Positions 1 to 8,508 of a stretch of 64,000 nt of DNA are shown piece after piece. The translations under genes and the position numbers were made by a program. This DNA is from a virus. Lineage: Duplodnaviria > Caudoviricetes. The notes under the pieces are model-generated. The model was given only the letters and a program-made list of their open reading frames with translations. It searched no databases and was not told where the DNA came from. How positions within the stretch are numbered: position 1 is the stretch's first letter; every line of letters begins with the position of its first letter. The stretch lies in IMG/VR virus record IMGVR_UViG_3300020577_002429, positions 17,943 to 81,942 of that record; one strand, 5' to 3'.

Positions 1-2
1 AA

Positions 3-275
3 CAAAAGATTGATTTAAAAGAAGTAGCTGAGAAGATCCAAGAGAAAGCTATTGAGCAAATCCCAACAACAGAAGATAAACAGGAAACTGTATTTCAACT
101 TCTATCTCAGCTCAATGAAAAACAATTACAAAAACTAGTTAATGACATGGCTCAGGATGTAGATTTACCTTCTGAGTATGTTCAATTGTCACCGAAACAG
201 CTTGCTATGAAACGAGACGGTGTTGAGTGTGTAACATGTAACTATGTGGGTGCTGATCCCAATATGAGACAGTAA
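3..275 (+). CDS. hypothetical protein, 5'-truncated by window edge
   Basis: Open frame from base 3 (QKIDLKEVAEK...CVTCNYVGADPNMRQ) to TAA 273-275, which overlaps the next ATG. Confidence 0.6.
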   Translation, partial: QKIDLKEVAEKIQEKAIEQIPTTEDKQETVFQLLSQLNEKQLQKLVNDMAQDVDLPSEYVQLSPKQLAMKRDGVECVTCNYVGADPNMRQ

Positions 276-769
276 TGACTATAGTAGAATATTTTTTAAA
301 AGAGTATGAAAACTTTAGAGCGCGTGTGCCAAAGGGTATGAATAAACAAGACTGGGAAGAATCTTTACAAGAAACTTATATATCATTATTAAATGTAGAC
401 TATGATGTTTCATATAAAAAAACTTTTATAAACACCTCAGCTATAAGAAAAAACTATAATACTATAGTAACAAGAAATACGAGAAAAGGCATAATAGAGA
501 ATTTAAAAACATATGCCGACACTACTAAAGAAGCGAAGACCCCAGAACAACTAATTATCGACAATGAAGAAATTATGGAGATAGATGCCCGTATATACAA
601 TATGCTAGAATTTTTACCAGAAGAACAGAAGGTAGCAATAAAAGACGTTCTTTTGGAGCTTACATTCGAGGATATTGGTAAAAAAAGAAACTGGAAACCA
701 AACACAGCTAAGAAGCGATATTATTCAGGTATAAGAAAACTTAAACAAAAAGCAGGAGTAACATGGTAA
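275..769 (+). CDS. ECF-type RNA polymerase sigma factor-like protein
   Basis: Region-2-like EESLQETYISLL; region-4 HTH LPEEQKVAI...LTFEDIGKKRNWKPNTAKKRYYSGIRKLK. Confidence 0.75.
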   Translation: MTIVEYFLKEYENFRARVPKGMNKQDWEESLQETYISLLNVDYDVSYKKTFINTSAIRKNYNTIVTRNTRKGIIENLKTYADTTKEAKTPEQLIIDNEEIMEIDARIYNMLEFLPEEQKVAIKDVLLELTFEDIGKKRNWKPNTAKKRYYSGIRKLKQKAGVTW

Positions 770-948
770 CAAAGTCAGAACTCATCAAGAAATTAAGACA
801 ATCAATCGTAGCCAACACTAACAAACGTGGTTATGTAGATATCACAGAAGAAACCGTAGCTGACATCGTTACAGACCTAGAACAAATTATCAACATTGAA
901 TATGCAGAAGAGGTAGTTAGTGAACAATTCAGTTTTGACATCGAGTAA
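763..948 (+). CDS. small acidic protein with HU/IHF-like N-terminal helices
   Basis: MVTKSELIKKL start resembles the HU/IHF N-terminus; SD GGAG upstream; overlaps neighbours. Confidence 0.45.
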   Translation: MVTKSELIKKLRQSIVANTNKRGYVDITEETVADIVTDLEQIINIEYAEEVVSEQFSFDIE

Positions 949-1459
949 ATATAAATCATTAAGAAAGAAAATTAACACTAAATATGGTAAAAATGAGGTA
1001 ATATTAGCTGAAGATATTATTCAAGAATCCTATTTAAAATTACTAGAAGCCGGACACGACATCACCGATCCTAGATATGTTATGAATACGGCTAAGTACA
1101 TTACTTTAAACGCTATAAAAGTAAACGCAAATCATAAAAGACTAAGCGGAGACTACGGATACTTTACCAGTATATACAGTCCTGACCGCAGACTAGAGCA
1201 GCAGGATGTATATTTAGAATATAAACAACTTCTGATAGATAAGGAAGCAGATATTAAGCTAGCCATAGCTTCTCCTGATAAGACTAGACAGGTCCTATGC
1301 GTAACTACTGGTGAGGTATTTAGAACGTCTAGTAAGGCGGCTAAAGCTTATGGTATATCTCCTAGTATGATATCAAAGAATTTATCTGGTAAAAAGAAGT
1401 CGGCTGGTAAAATCAACGGAATGGCTTTACAGTGGAGACGCTTGACAAAAGACAATTAA
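920..1459 (+). CDS. sigma-70 region 2-like domain fused to NUMOD1-like HTH
   Basis: N-term AEDIIQESYLKLLE...YVMNTAKYITLNAIK; C-term VLCVTTGEVFRTSSKAAKAYGISPSMISKNLSGKKKSAG; start codon uncertain. Confidence 0.65.
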   Translation: MNNSVLTSSKYKSLRKKINTKYGKNEVILAEDIIQESYLKLLEAGHDITDPRYVMNTAKYITLNAIKVNANHKRLSGDYGYFTSIYSPDRRLEQQDVYLEYKQLLIDKEADIKLAIASPDKTRQVLCVTTGEVFRTSSKAAKAYGISPSMISKNLSGKKKSAGKINGMALQWRRLTKDN

Positions 1460-1470
1460 TATGCTAGGAT
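1442..1470 (+). promoter_or_regulatory. sigma70-type early promoter
   Basis: TTGACA-17 nt-TAGGAT with TGn extended -10; ATG 6 nt downstream. Confidence 0.75.
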
Positions 1471-1476
1471 GGCAAT

Positions 1477-1641
1477 ATGAAATTTGTATACTATTATAAA
1501 CATTTAGATCAGATAATACTTATAGATATATCAAAAAATGGTATCCTATATGAAACTGGACGTAATAATTTTGCATTTGAAGAAATAGCTATTAGTTTTG
1601 ATAAAATTGTGCGACAATTAGATTTCGTAGGATTTTTATGA
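1477..1641 (+). CDS. 54-aa hypothetical protein, probably leaderless (not in ORF track)
   Basis: MKFVYYYKHLDQ...QLDFVGFL; ATG at predicted +1; TGA overlaps next ATG (ATGA). Confidence 0.6.
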   Translation: MKFVYYYKHLDQIILIDISKNGILYETGRNNFAFEEIAISFDKIVRQLDFVGFL

Positions 1642-2759
1642 AAGTTAGTTTTAGTAGTACTCAGAAATTCTTACAATGTCCGAAGATGTATGAGTATCAT
1701 TACATTAATAAGATACGCCCTACGTGGACATCTTCAGCTCTTATATTTGGAGATGCTTTAGATAAAGCTTTAAATGAACTTGTTTTAAAAACGGAGAATG
1801 ACCCCTATGACACCTTCCTCAAATCCTGGACCAACGGATTCGTCAATAAAGAAGCCATCTATATTCCAACGACTACAAAATTATTATACGCGAACAAAGA
1901 TTATGAGTCTAGTTTACTTACACAGGATGATTACAAAGAAATTGCAGAACGTGTTGCTAGCGGAGAAGTCAAAGATCTCAACTTCCAAGAACTCGTAGCT
2001 AAGAAGAAAGATAAGGGTTGGGATAGATTCTCTAATGATGAGAAAGCATACTTCAATTTACATAATTGGTACTGTATGAGAAACAAGGCTAAGTACATTA
2101 TTGATGGCTATAAGATTAAAGTGCTACCATTGATTACTAAAGTTCATGCAGTACAGAAAGAAATCAAAGCTGATAACGGTGCTGGCGATGAGTTCACGGG
2201 ATTTATTGATCTTATTGCTGATTTAGAAGGTCATGGTACGGTGATTATTGACCACAAGACCTCAGCTAGAGACTATGAGTGGGATAGCCCTAGTAAGTCA
2301 GCGCAGCTTGCTACATACGTCCACATGGAAGGTGAGACATACAACACTAGAAAAGCTGGATTTATTGTGTTGAAAAAGAATTTGAGATATAATAGAGTTA
2401 GAGTGTGTAAAGAGTGCGGCCATACAGGAAAAGGATCACATAAAACGTGCGATAACACGATAGACACAGTTATGTCTGGTCCTGGTACTGGTAAAGCCTA
2501 TCGCTGTAACGGTGAGTGGACAGAAACAACAAGTCCTGAAGCTGAGTTCCAAGTATTAGTACAAGAAATGCCTGAACAATTTGAACACATGACTATTGAA
2601 AATATTGACACAGTAACTAAAGCTATCGGTACTGGAGTATTTCCTAAGAATACGGATAGGTGCCTAGATCACTTTGGGTCAGAGTGCCCATACAAAAAGC
2701 TATGCTGGTCTGGTGGAAAGAACATGACAGGGCTATGTAAAACGGAGGAGACAAAATGA
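1638..2759 (+). CDS. PD-(D/E)XK exonuclease (RecB/Cas4-like) with Zn-ribbon insertion
   Basis: SFSSTQKFLQCPKMY; GFIDLI...IIDHKTS; QLATY; C-terminal C..C cluster. Confidence 0.85.
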   Translation: MKVSFSSTQKFLQCPKMYEYHYINKIRPTWTSSALIFGDALDKALNELVLKTENDPYDTFLKSWTNGFVNKEAIYIPTTTKLLYANKDYESSLLTQDDYKEIAERVASGEVKDLNFQELVAKKKDKGWDRFSNDEKAYFNLHNWYCMRNKAKYIIDGYKIKVLPLITKVHAVQKEIKADNGAGDEFTGFIDLIADLEGHGTVIIDHKTSARDYEWDSPSKSAQLATYVHMEGETYNTRKAGFIVLKKNLRYNRVRVCKECGHTGKGSHKTCDNTIDTVMSGPGTGKAYRCNGEWTETTSPEAEFQVLVQEMPEQFEHMTIENIDTVTKAIGTGVFPKNTDRCLDHFGSECPYKKLCWSGGKNMTGLCKTEETK

Positions 2760-2986
2760 GTGCAGTAGGACTATTCACACTAATGCTACACTTAGTCACC
2801 AGCAATACAAACTACAGCAATCCTGAGTTCCTAAAGACTAAACTTAGTTGTAAAGAGTTTTCTTATGCTTTTGCTAAAGAAGGTCAGAAGTATGCAGGTA
2901 TTGTTGTTAACAAAAAAGAATACTTGACAAATTACGAAAACATTGATACACTACAAGAAGATATAAATAAACAGTGTGGATGGTAA
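2756..2986 (+). CDS. hypothetical protein, hydrophobic N-terminus
   Basis: ORF track; ATGA coupling to upstream gene. Confidence 0.6.
   Translation: MSAVGLFTLMLHLVTSNTNYSNPEFLKTKLSCKEFSYAFAKEGQKYAGIVVNKKEYLTNYENIDTLQEDINKQCGW
2924..2952 (+). promoter_or_regulatory. sigma70-type promoter
   Basis: TTGACA-17 nt-TACACT with TGn extended -10. Confidence 0.7.
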
Positions 2987-3258
2987 TGGAAGAAATGATG
3001 GTAGCTTTAATTTGTTTAAATGGTAAAGGATGTGATGAGGCATATAATACCTACGCATATTATAAGCCATCTATTACTGAGATGATTAAACAGAACGAAA
3101 CAAGAGCTAGGAACATTGTGCCAGCATTTATGTTTGAATATGTTGCACCTATGGCTGCTAGTGCTGCCGGTGTTGATATATCAGTCAAGTTAAATAGAAA
3201 TTTTAGTATTAAAGGAACAAAGACTACTACACAACTAACATTTAAGAGGGAATTTTAA
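2974..3258 (+). CDS. hypothetical protein ending in amphipathic beta-strands and terminal Phe
   Basis: ORF track; C-term TQLTFKREF. Confidence 0.6.
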   Translation: MWMVMEEMMVALICLNGKGCDEAYNTYAYYKPSITEMIKQNETRARNIVPAFMFEYVAPMAASAAGVDISVKLNRNFSIKGTKTTTQLTFKREF

Positions 3259-3611
3259 TGGCAAATAAAGCATTTGAAGATGATGAGCTAGAAGCATTAC
3301 TAGCTGAAGCATCAAAGACAGTACAATCAACTAAGGCCGAAGTAAAAAAAGAAGATACTGCATCTAAGCCTATTGAGAAAACGGTAGAAGAAGGACCAAA
3401 GTGGCAACAAGCATTTGGTGTTAATAAGAACGAAGACGGTAGATGGGACGTAACTGAAGTATTATACAATCCACTTACTAATGAATGTCGTATTAACAGT
3501 GTTGTACGAACGGAAGCTAGTAAAATGGTAGCTCAGGCTAGAGCACAAGAAGCTTTATCTAGAGTATTAAATGGATTATCATTAAATGGTATGATTAAAC
3601 AAAAACGATAG
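3258..3611 (+). CDS. hypothetical protein
   Basis: ORF track; coupled TAATG junction. Confidence 0.7.
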   Translation: MANKAFEDDELEALLAEASKTVQSTKAEVKKEDTASKPIEKTVEEGPKWQQAFGVNKNEDGRWDVTEVLYNPLTNECRINSVVRTEASKMVAQARAQEALSRVLNGLSLNGMIKQKR

Positions 3612-3619
3612 GAGAAACA

Positions 3620-4177
3620 ATGAAAGAATTAGTAAAGAAACTAGCAAAAATTCAGAGCACACTCAAGGCTCCGAAAAATCAATTCAATAAATTCGGAAAC
3701 TATAGCTATAGATCATGCGAAGATATCCTGGAAGCAGTTAAACCATTACTTGCTGCTGAAGACTTAGTATTGACTATTGCCGATGAAGTATTATTTAATC
3801 CAGGTGGTGAAAACTATATTAAAGTTACCACTACTATTACTGACGGTAAAGACTCTATCAGTAATTCTGCCGTAGCTAGAGAAGCACAAGAACAAAAAGG
3901 TATGAATCCAGCTCAAATTTCAGGATCATCTAGCAGTTACGCTAGAAAATATGCGTTAAATGGATTATTTCTAATTGATGATACAAAAGATGCTGATGCA
4001 ACAAATACTCATGGTCGAGCTGATGTGTCTAAAACTGAGCAAGATATGAATGTTAAAAAAGTAGAAACTTATACTGGAGTGATTACTTCTGATTCAGTGG
4101 TAGTAACTAAACCACTACAATCATTCAAACGTCCTGTAAAAGCTATAGCAGTAACAACTAGTGGAGATGATTTATAA
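3620..4177 (+). CDS. erf: ERF-family single-strand annealing protein
   Basis: LKAPKNQFNKFGNYSYRSCEDILEAVKPLL and QISGSSSSYARKYALNGLFLIDDTKDAD are hallmark ERF motifs. Confidence 0.9.
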   Translation: MKELVKKLAKIQSTLKAPKNQFNKFGNYSYRSCEDILEAVKPLLAAEDLVLTIADEVLFNPGGENYIKVTTTITDGKDSISNSAVAREAQEQKGMNPAQISGSSSSYARKYALNGLFLIDDTKDADATNTHGRADVSKTEQDMNVKKVETYTGVITSDSVVVTKPLQSFKRPVKAIAVTTSGDDL

Positions 4178-4335
4178 TGCAACGTATGATTATCAATATC
4201 ACAGTATTTGTAATATTAATGTTTCTTTTGAAGTTTTCAGGAGAGACAGTTAATTACATCTTTAATATCATTGCTGAGTTTATTTTATTAAATTTAGCAG
4301 CTCACTTCATCACTAGCACTATTATAAAGGAATAA
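4177..4335 (+). CDS. 52-aa membrane protein (not in ORF track)
   Basis: MQRMIINITVFVILMFLLKF...; two hydrophobic stretches; fills the gap between coupled genes. Confidence 0.55.
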   Translation: MQRMIINITVFVILMFLLKFSGETVNYIFNIIAEFILLNLAAHFITSTIIKE

Positions 4336-4336
4336 T

Positions 4337-4699
4337 ATGTCAGAAGAACAACAAATCCAAGCAGAACAAGAAACACAAGTAGCCGATACTCAGATGGATG
4401 TAACATCTGCATTACTCATCTATAAGAATCTTCAAATCACTACTAACGAGCTATTACACCAATTTACAGCGTCACACAAAGATAATGTAACTATGGCTAA
4501 AGTATTTAAAGCTGTAATTAGCGATTTAGCTTATGATCCAGATAAGTTTGAAAATAAGAAAGCAGCCAAGCTATATCAAGCTTGCTTTGCGGTATTAAAA
4601 GCAAAAGAAGTCCTGAAAGCTGACATGAAGCAAAAGCTTAGTGAAGGTGTTGATGGAGTCTCTGATGAGCTAAAACAAAAGCTCATGAAAGAGTTCTAA
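4337..4699 (+). CDS. hypothetical protein
   Basis: ORF track; SD AAGGA. Confidence 0.7.
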   Translation: MSEEQQIQAEQETQVADTQMDVTSALLIYKNLQITTNELLHQFTASHKDNVTMAKVFKAVISDLAYDPDKFENKKAAKLYQACFAVLKAKEVLKADMKQKLSEGVDGVSDELKQKLMKEF

Positions 4700-4884
4700 T
4701 GCAAACAATTAAGATGTACTTAACTGGTATTGTTCCATACTTAGAGACTGAGAAACAAAAGTTATCTGAGATGGAGCAAACTGAAGAACAAACGGTACAA
4801 ATTACCTTTGTGTCTAACTTATTAAAAGAAATAGCAGAATTAACTGCGAATCAAGGAGAAGAGAATGGAAAAGAAGGAATTTAA
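4699..4884 (+). CDS. hypothetical protein
   Basis: ORF track; coupled start. Confidence 0.6.
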   Translation: MQTIKMYLTGIVPYLETEKQKLSEMEQTEEQTVQITFVSNLLKEIAELTANQGEENGKEGI

Positions 4885-5125
4885 ACAACCAAAAGACCGC
4901 GTAGGTTATGTATCTAAGTCTAAAACTGGTAAATCAATCATTACCGTTGAACAGGATATGATGCTTAAAAAAGGTGATAAGCTTATTTTAACTAAGCCAG
5001 CTGAAAACATTGATAGCCTGGTAAAGAATGGTGTCATCAGTGAAGAAGCTGGAGAACAGCGAAAGAGTTCTATTCCAGAGTGGAAGACATACGAAGTATC
5101 TAAGTTACCTCCAATGAAAAACTAA
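4865..5125 (+). CDS. hypothetical protein (possible ssDNA-binding protein)
   Basis: Beta-rich; lies in the exonuclease/ERF recombination operon; function inferred from context only. Confidence 0.55.
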   Translation: MEKKEFKQPKDRVGYVSKSKTGKSIITVEQDMMLKKGDKLILTKPAENIDSLVKNGVISEEAGEQRKSSIPEWKTYEVSKLPPMKN

Positions 5126-5128
5126 TTA

Positions 5129-5196
5129 TTAGGGTGCAGGTAGTTGATTCTGATCAAATCCGCGAGACCTGATAACTGGATTTACGACGACCCTAA
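5129..5196 (+). ncRNA. candidate structured RNA with pseudoknot
   Basis: TTAGGGT/ACCCTAA, CAGGT/ACCTG, TTGAT/ATCAA and AAATCC/GGATTT pairings in a GC-richer intergenic stretch; strand not certain. Confidence 0.45.
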
Positions 5197-5230
5197 CAGC
5201 ATCTCTACTGTATATTAATTGAGACGAATG

Positions 5231-5256
5231 GCCTCCGTAAGAGGCTTTTTTATTTT
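5231..5256 (+). terminator. intrinsic terminator
   Basis: GCCTC-CGTAA-GAGGC followed by TTTTTTATTTT. Confidence 0.8.
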
Positions 5257-5257
5257 C

Positions 5258-5286
5258 TTGACATATTCAGGATTTTGATGTAAATT
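5258..5286 (+). promoter_or_regulatory. sigma70-type promoter
   Basis: TTGACA-17 nt-TAAATT directly after the terminator; implies the true start of the next gene is ATG 5302 (SD GAGGT). Confidence 0.65.
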
Positions 5287-5745
5287 ATGAGTGAGGTAAA
5301 AATGAAGAAATTTAGAAAAATGCTATCACTTGGTAAAGATATTGGTAATCCATTCCCAGAAGAACATGAGTGGTTATATAATTTAATTAACTCTTATGGT
5401 AAAATCAATAAAGATTATGTGTATTCGTTAATCACTGACAGTTCTGATTATATTTCTATTCGTCAGGAGTTTATGATATCTATTTTAACTGAAACTCAGC
5501 AATATTATGATATCAAAAAGCTTAAAGATGTTCATTCTAGTATTGAAGATATTATTACTTTATGGAGAAAAGATCCGACAGGAAAAAATGCCAGCGCAGC
5601 ATGGCGCGCAGCAGAAAGCGCAGCAAGAAGCGCAGCAAGAAGCGCAGCAAGAAGCGCAGCATGGAGCGCAGCAGAAAGCGCAGCAGAGCGAAAACAAATC
5701 GAATTAATTATAAGCCTGATAAAAAAACATTCGGAGAAAAAATGA
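5287..5745 (+). CDS. hypothetical protein with SAAW/SAAR/SAAE tetrapeptide repeats
   Basis: SAAWRAAESAARSAARSAARSAAWSAAESAAERKQ, an Ala-rich repeat type common in phages; likely start 5302. Confidence 0.7.
   Translation: MSEVKMKKFRKMLSLGKDIGNPFPEEHEWLYNLINSYGKINKDYVYSLITDSSDYISIRQEFMISILTETQQYYDIKKLKDVHSSIEDIITLWRKDPTGKNASAAWRAAESAARSAARSAARSAAWSAAESAAERKQIELIISLIKKHSEKK
5592..5689 (+). repeat. 12-bp coding tandem repeat (about 8 imperfect units)
   Basis: AGCGCAGCA(AGA/TGG/GAA) units; GC-rich relative to the genome. Confidence 0.85.
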
Positions 5746-6026
5746 GTAAAAAAGTAACGAAGAAGCCTACAAAAAAACTAGTGGTAAATAAGCTATTATC
5801 TTACTTTGGTGGAAAGATTGTGTCTATTGTTCTGAAAGAAAGTAGAGCGGCTGGTGGTAGTCCTATTATTAAAGGTATGATATTGGACATGGACAATTAC
5901 TATTATTATTTGGGGGATGCTTTAGATGTTGAGCTTGCTATTCCTATTAATACTGTTACAATGATAAGAGATGGCGAACTTACTGAGGACGAAGACCTCA
6001 AGCCATTTGGAGATAAGTATCAATGA
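5742..6026 (+). CDS. hypothetical protein
   Basis: C-terminal part of track ORF 5562..6026; ATG 5742 overlaps the upstream TGA, SD GGAG. Confidence 0.7.
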   Translation: MSKKVTKKPTKKLVVNKLLSYFGGKIVSIVLKESRAAGGSPIIKGMILDMDNYYYYLGDALDVELAIPINTVTMIRDGELTEDEDLKPFGDKYQ

Positions 6027-6229
6027 TTGTGATTAGCAATTATTCTAATATAGAATATATGCCTTATACAATAGCTTTACAACTTAACTATGAAGCTACT
6101 TGGTTAAATTCTGAAAGCATAAAAGAATGCAGAATGTTATTTAAGTTACAAAAGTTAACAAATGCACCTCTTTTTAAAATGAATAAAGCTGATAACGCTA
6201 TTGGATTTATGTGGGAGAAGATACGATGA
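6023..6229 (+). CDS. hypothetical protein
   Basis: ORF track; ATGA coupling. Confidence 0.6.
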   Translation: MIVISNYSNIEYMPYTIALQLNYEATWLNSESIKECRMLFKLQKLTNAPLFKMNKADNAIGFMWEKIR

Positions 6230-8508
6230 AATTATTGTCAGAGTCTAAGAATTACTTCTTACTTGAATCAGCACAAGATATAAATGCTTGTATAGCTAAA
6301 ATTCAAGACTCTGAAATAGTCTCATTCGATACAGAGACTACAGGACTTAATGTTAGAAAGGATAAAGTAATTGGCTTATCAGTTTCTACAGAAATAAACA
6401 ACGGATATTACTATCCTATTCTAGTATATAATGTAGCCGATGATAAGCTTGAACTTACTCCAGATATCGGATTAAAAAAACTACTAGATGCTATTAAATC
6501 AAAAAAATTAATAATGCACAATGGAGCATTTGACACAAAAATATGCTTTCATAACTTAGGCGTGGATTTACTATCAAATCTATACGCAGATACTCAGCTA
6601 ATGCGACATACTTTACAAGAAGAAGGTCCATTTGCATTAAAAGATATTGCAGTTGAGCTTGCTGATAAGATTGGAATATCCCAAGACGAAGTAGCAAACC
6701 AAGAACAAATAGAATTAGAAGAAAATGTAAAGAGAAATGGCGGATCTTGGAAGAAGTCAAATAAAGAGATTTATAAAGCGGATTTAGATGTACTAGCGAA
6801 ATATGCCGCAGCTGATACTGATCTGACTTTGAGATTATATCACTACTTTGACAAAGAACTTAAAAATCAGAATCTATATGACTTCTTCTATAATCAAGAA
6901 GTAATGCCGGTATATACATACGCCACAATTCCAATGGAGTTTGAGGGCGTTCACCTGGATATGCCTAAGCTCACAAAATACAATGAAGAAATAGTAAAAG
7001 ATATCCAAGACTTATATAATAATATAACAGAAAAAATACTAAACTCAGATGCCGGAAAGCAGCTCATAAAACTAAGAGCAGATAAAGAATATCCTGTAAA
7101 AAATACAGGAAGTTTTGCGCAAGAAGTAGCGTCTTACTTTGAATTACCATTACCAAAAGTTGCAAGTGGAAAATATAGCCTAACATCAAAGAACTTAGAT
7201 TCACTACAAGATTCTATCGGAAAGCTATTCCTGCTAGGTGAGCAAAGTCTATGTTTACAGACTATAACAGACATACAGTTACGACTTTTGAAAAAAGATG
7301 GAGAACTTATCAATATAGGATCTAAGCAGCAGTTAGCTACACTAGTATTTGATATTATGCAGATTCAACCTTTGAGTGAAACAGCTAAAGGCTCTCCACA
7401 ATTTAACGAGGATACTATCGAACATCTTGCATCAGTTCATTCTGTAGACTGGGCTAAGGATCTTCGAGTTTATAATAAACTAAATAAGATAAAAAGTAGT
7501 TACTACGATAGGTTCTTAGAGCAGCAAGAAGATGGGATATTTTACCCATCATTCAAACAACACGGTACGACATCGGGCAGATTCGGAAGCGATATACAAC
7601 AGCTTAGTAGACCTATAGAAGAAGGTTCTGACGATGCTAGAGTTGTTAAGTATACAAACACACTACGTGAGCTTATCATACCTAAGCCAGGATATGTGTT
7701 TATCGACGATGACTATGAATCATTGGAGCCGAGAGTATTTGCCGATGACGCCGGAGATAAGGCACTCATTGAGATTTTTGATCTAGGTGAAGATTTCTAT
7801 AGCAAAGTGGCTATACAAACTGAAGGATTAGAGAATGTGTCTGCTGATAAGAAAGACCCAAACTTCTTAAAAAATACTCATCCAGAAGTCAGACAAAATG
7901 CTAAAGCATATAGCTTAGGTATTAGATATGGAATGAAAGCGGCTAAATTGGCAGCTGCTTTGAACATCTCCAAAGAAGAAGCACAAGAGAAGATTGATAA
8001 CTACTTCAAATCATTCCCAAATCTTAAAAAAGCAATGGATGGATATTTAGAATCAGCCAAAAAAACGGGTATAGTTAGAAGTAAGTACGGCAGAGTGAGA
8101 CACTTACCAAGAGCAAAAGCTATTTACGAAAAATATGGAGATGATATCCTGGAGTACTCAAAACTAAGAGGTTTATCTAAGAAGTTTTATAGATCTTATG
8201 ATGACCTACAGATGCTTAGAAAAGAGTATAATAATTTACTAAACAACGCTCTTAACTTCCCTATTCAGGCAGCAGCTACTTCAGTAGTAAATAGAGCCAT
8301 GCTAGACATGTCTATTAAATTCAGAAGAGAAGGTTTAGACGCGTGGGTTAGCTTACAGATCCATGATCAGATTGTAGTAAGCTGTCATGAGTCCGCAGTT
8401 GACAGAGTTAAAGAAATAGTGCAAGATAGTATGGAGAACACAAATAAGCTAGCTATGAAGCTAATAGCGAAACCGGAAGTTGCAAGGAATTTACGTGAAG
8501 GACATTGA
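6226..8508 (+). CDS. polA: family A DNA polymerase with 3'-5' exonuclease
   Basis: Exo I DTETTGL, Exo II HNGAFD, Exo III YAAAD; motif A DDDYESLEPR, motif B RQNAKAYSLGIRYG, motif C IHDQIV; likely start 6226 (ATGA). Confidence 0.95.
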   Translation: MKLLSESKNYFLLESAQDINACIAKIQDSEIVSFDTETTGLNVRKDKVIGLSVSTEINNGYYYPILVYNVADDKLELTPDIGLKKLLDAIKSKKLIMHNGAFDTKICFHNLGVDLLSNLYADTQLMRHTLQEEGPFALKDIAVELADKIGISQDEVANQEQIELEENVKRNGGSWKKSNKEIYKADLDVLAKYAAADTDLTLRLYHYFDKELKNQNLYDFFYNQEVMPVYTYATIPMEFEGVHLDMPKLTKYNEEIVKDIQDLYNNITEKILNSDAGKQLIKLRADKEYPVKNTGSFAQEVASYFELPLPKVASGKYSLTSKNLDSLQDSIGKLFLLGEQSLCLQTITDIQLRLLKKDGELINIGSKQQLATLVFDIMQIQPLSETAKGSPQFNEDTIEHLASVHSVDWAKDLRVYNKLNKIKSSYYDRFLEQQEDGIFYPSFKQHGTTSGRFGSDIQQLSRPIEEGSDDARVVKYTNTLRELIIPKPGYVFIDDDYESLEPRVFADDAGDKALIEIFDLGEDFYSKVAIQTEGLENVSADKKDPNFLKNTHPEVRQNAKAYSLGIRYGMKAAKLAAALNISKEEAQEKIDNYFKSFPNLKKAMDGYLESAKKTGIVRSKYGRVRHLPRAKAIYEKYGDDILEYSKLRGLSKKFYRSYDDLQMLRKEYNNLLNNALNFPIQAAATSVVNRAMLDMSIKFRREGLDAWVSLQIHDQIVVSCHESAVDRVKEIVQDSMENTNKLAMKLIAKPEVARNLREGH

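Noticed and set aside
5129-5196. Assignment as pistol, hammerhead or twister-sister ribozyme
   Set aside because: Partial motifs (UUAGGG/CCCUAA, CUGAUAA, CCGCGAG) occur, but helix order and catalytic-core residues do not fit those consensus models; kept only as an unknown RNA.
5507-5741. ORF 5507..5707 and the N-terminal extension of 5562..6026
   Set aside because: Alternate-frame read-outs of the 12-bp repeat; the real genes are 5287/5302..5745 and 5742..6026.
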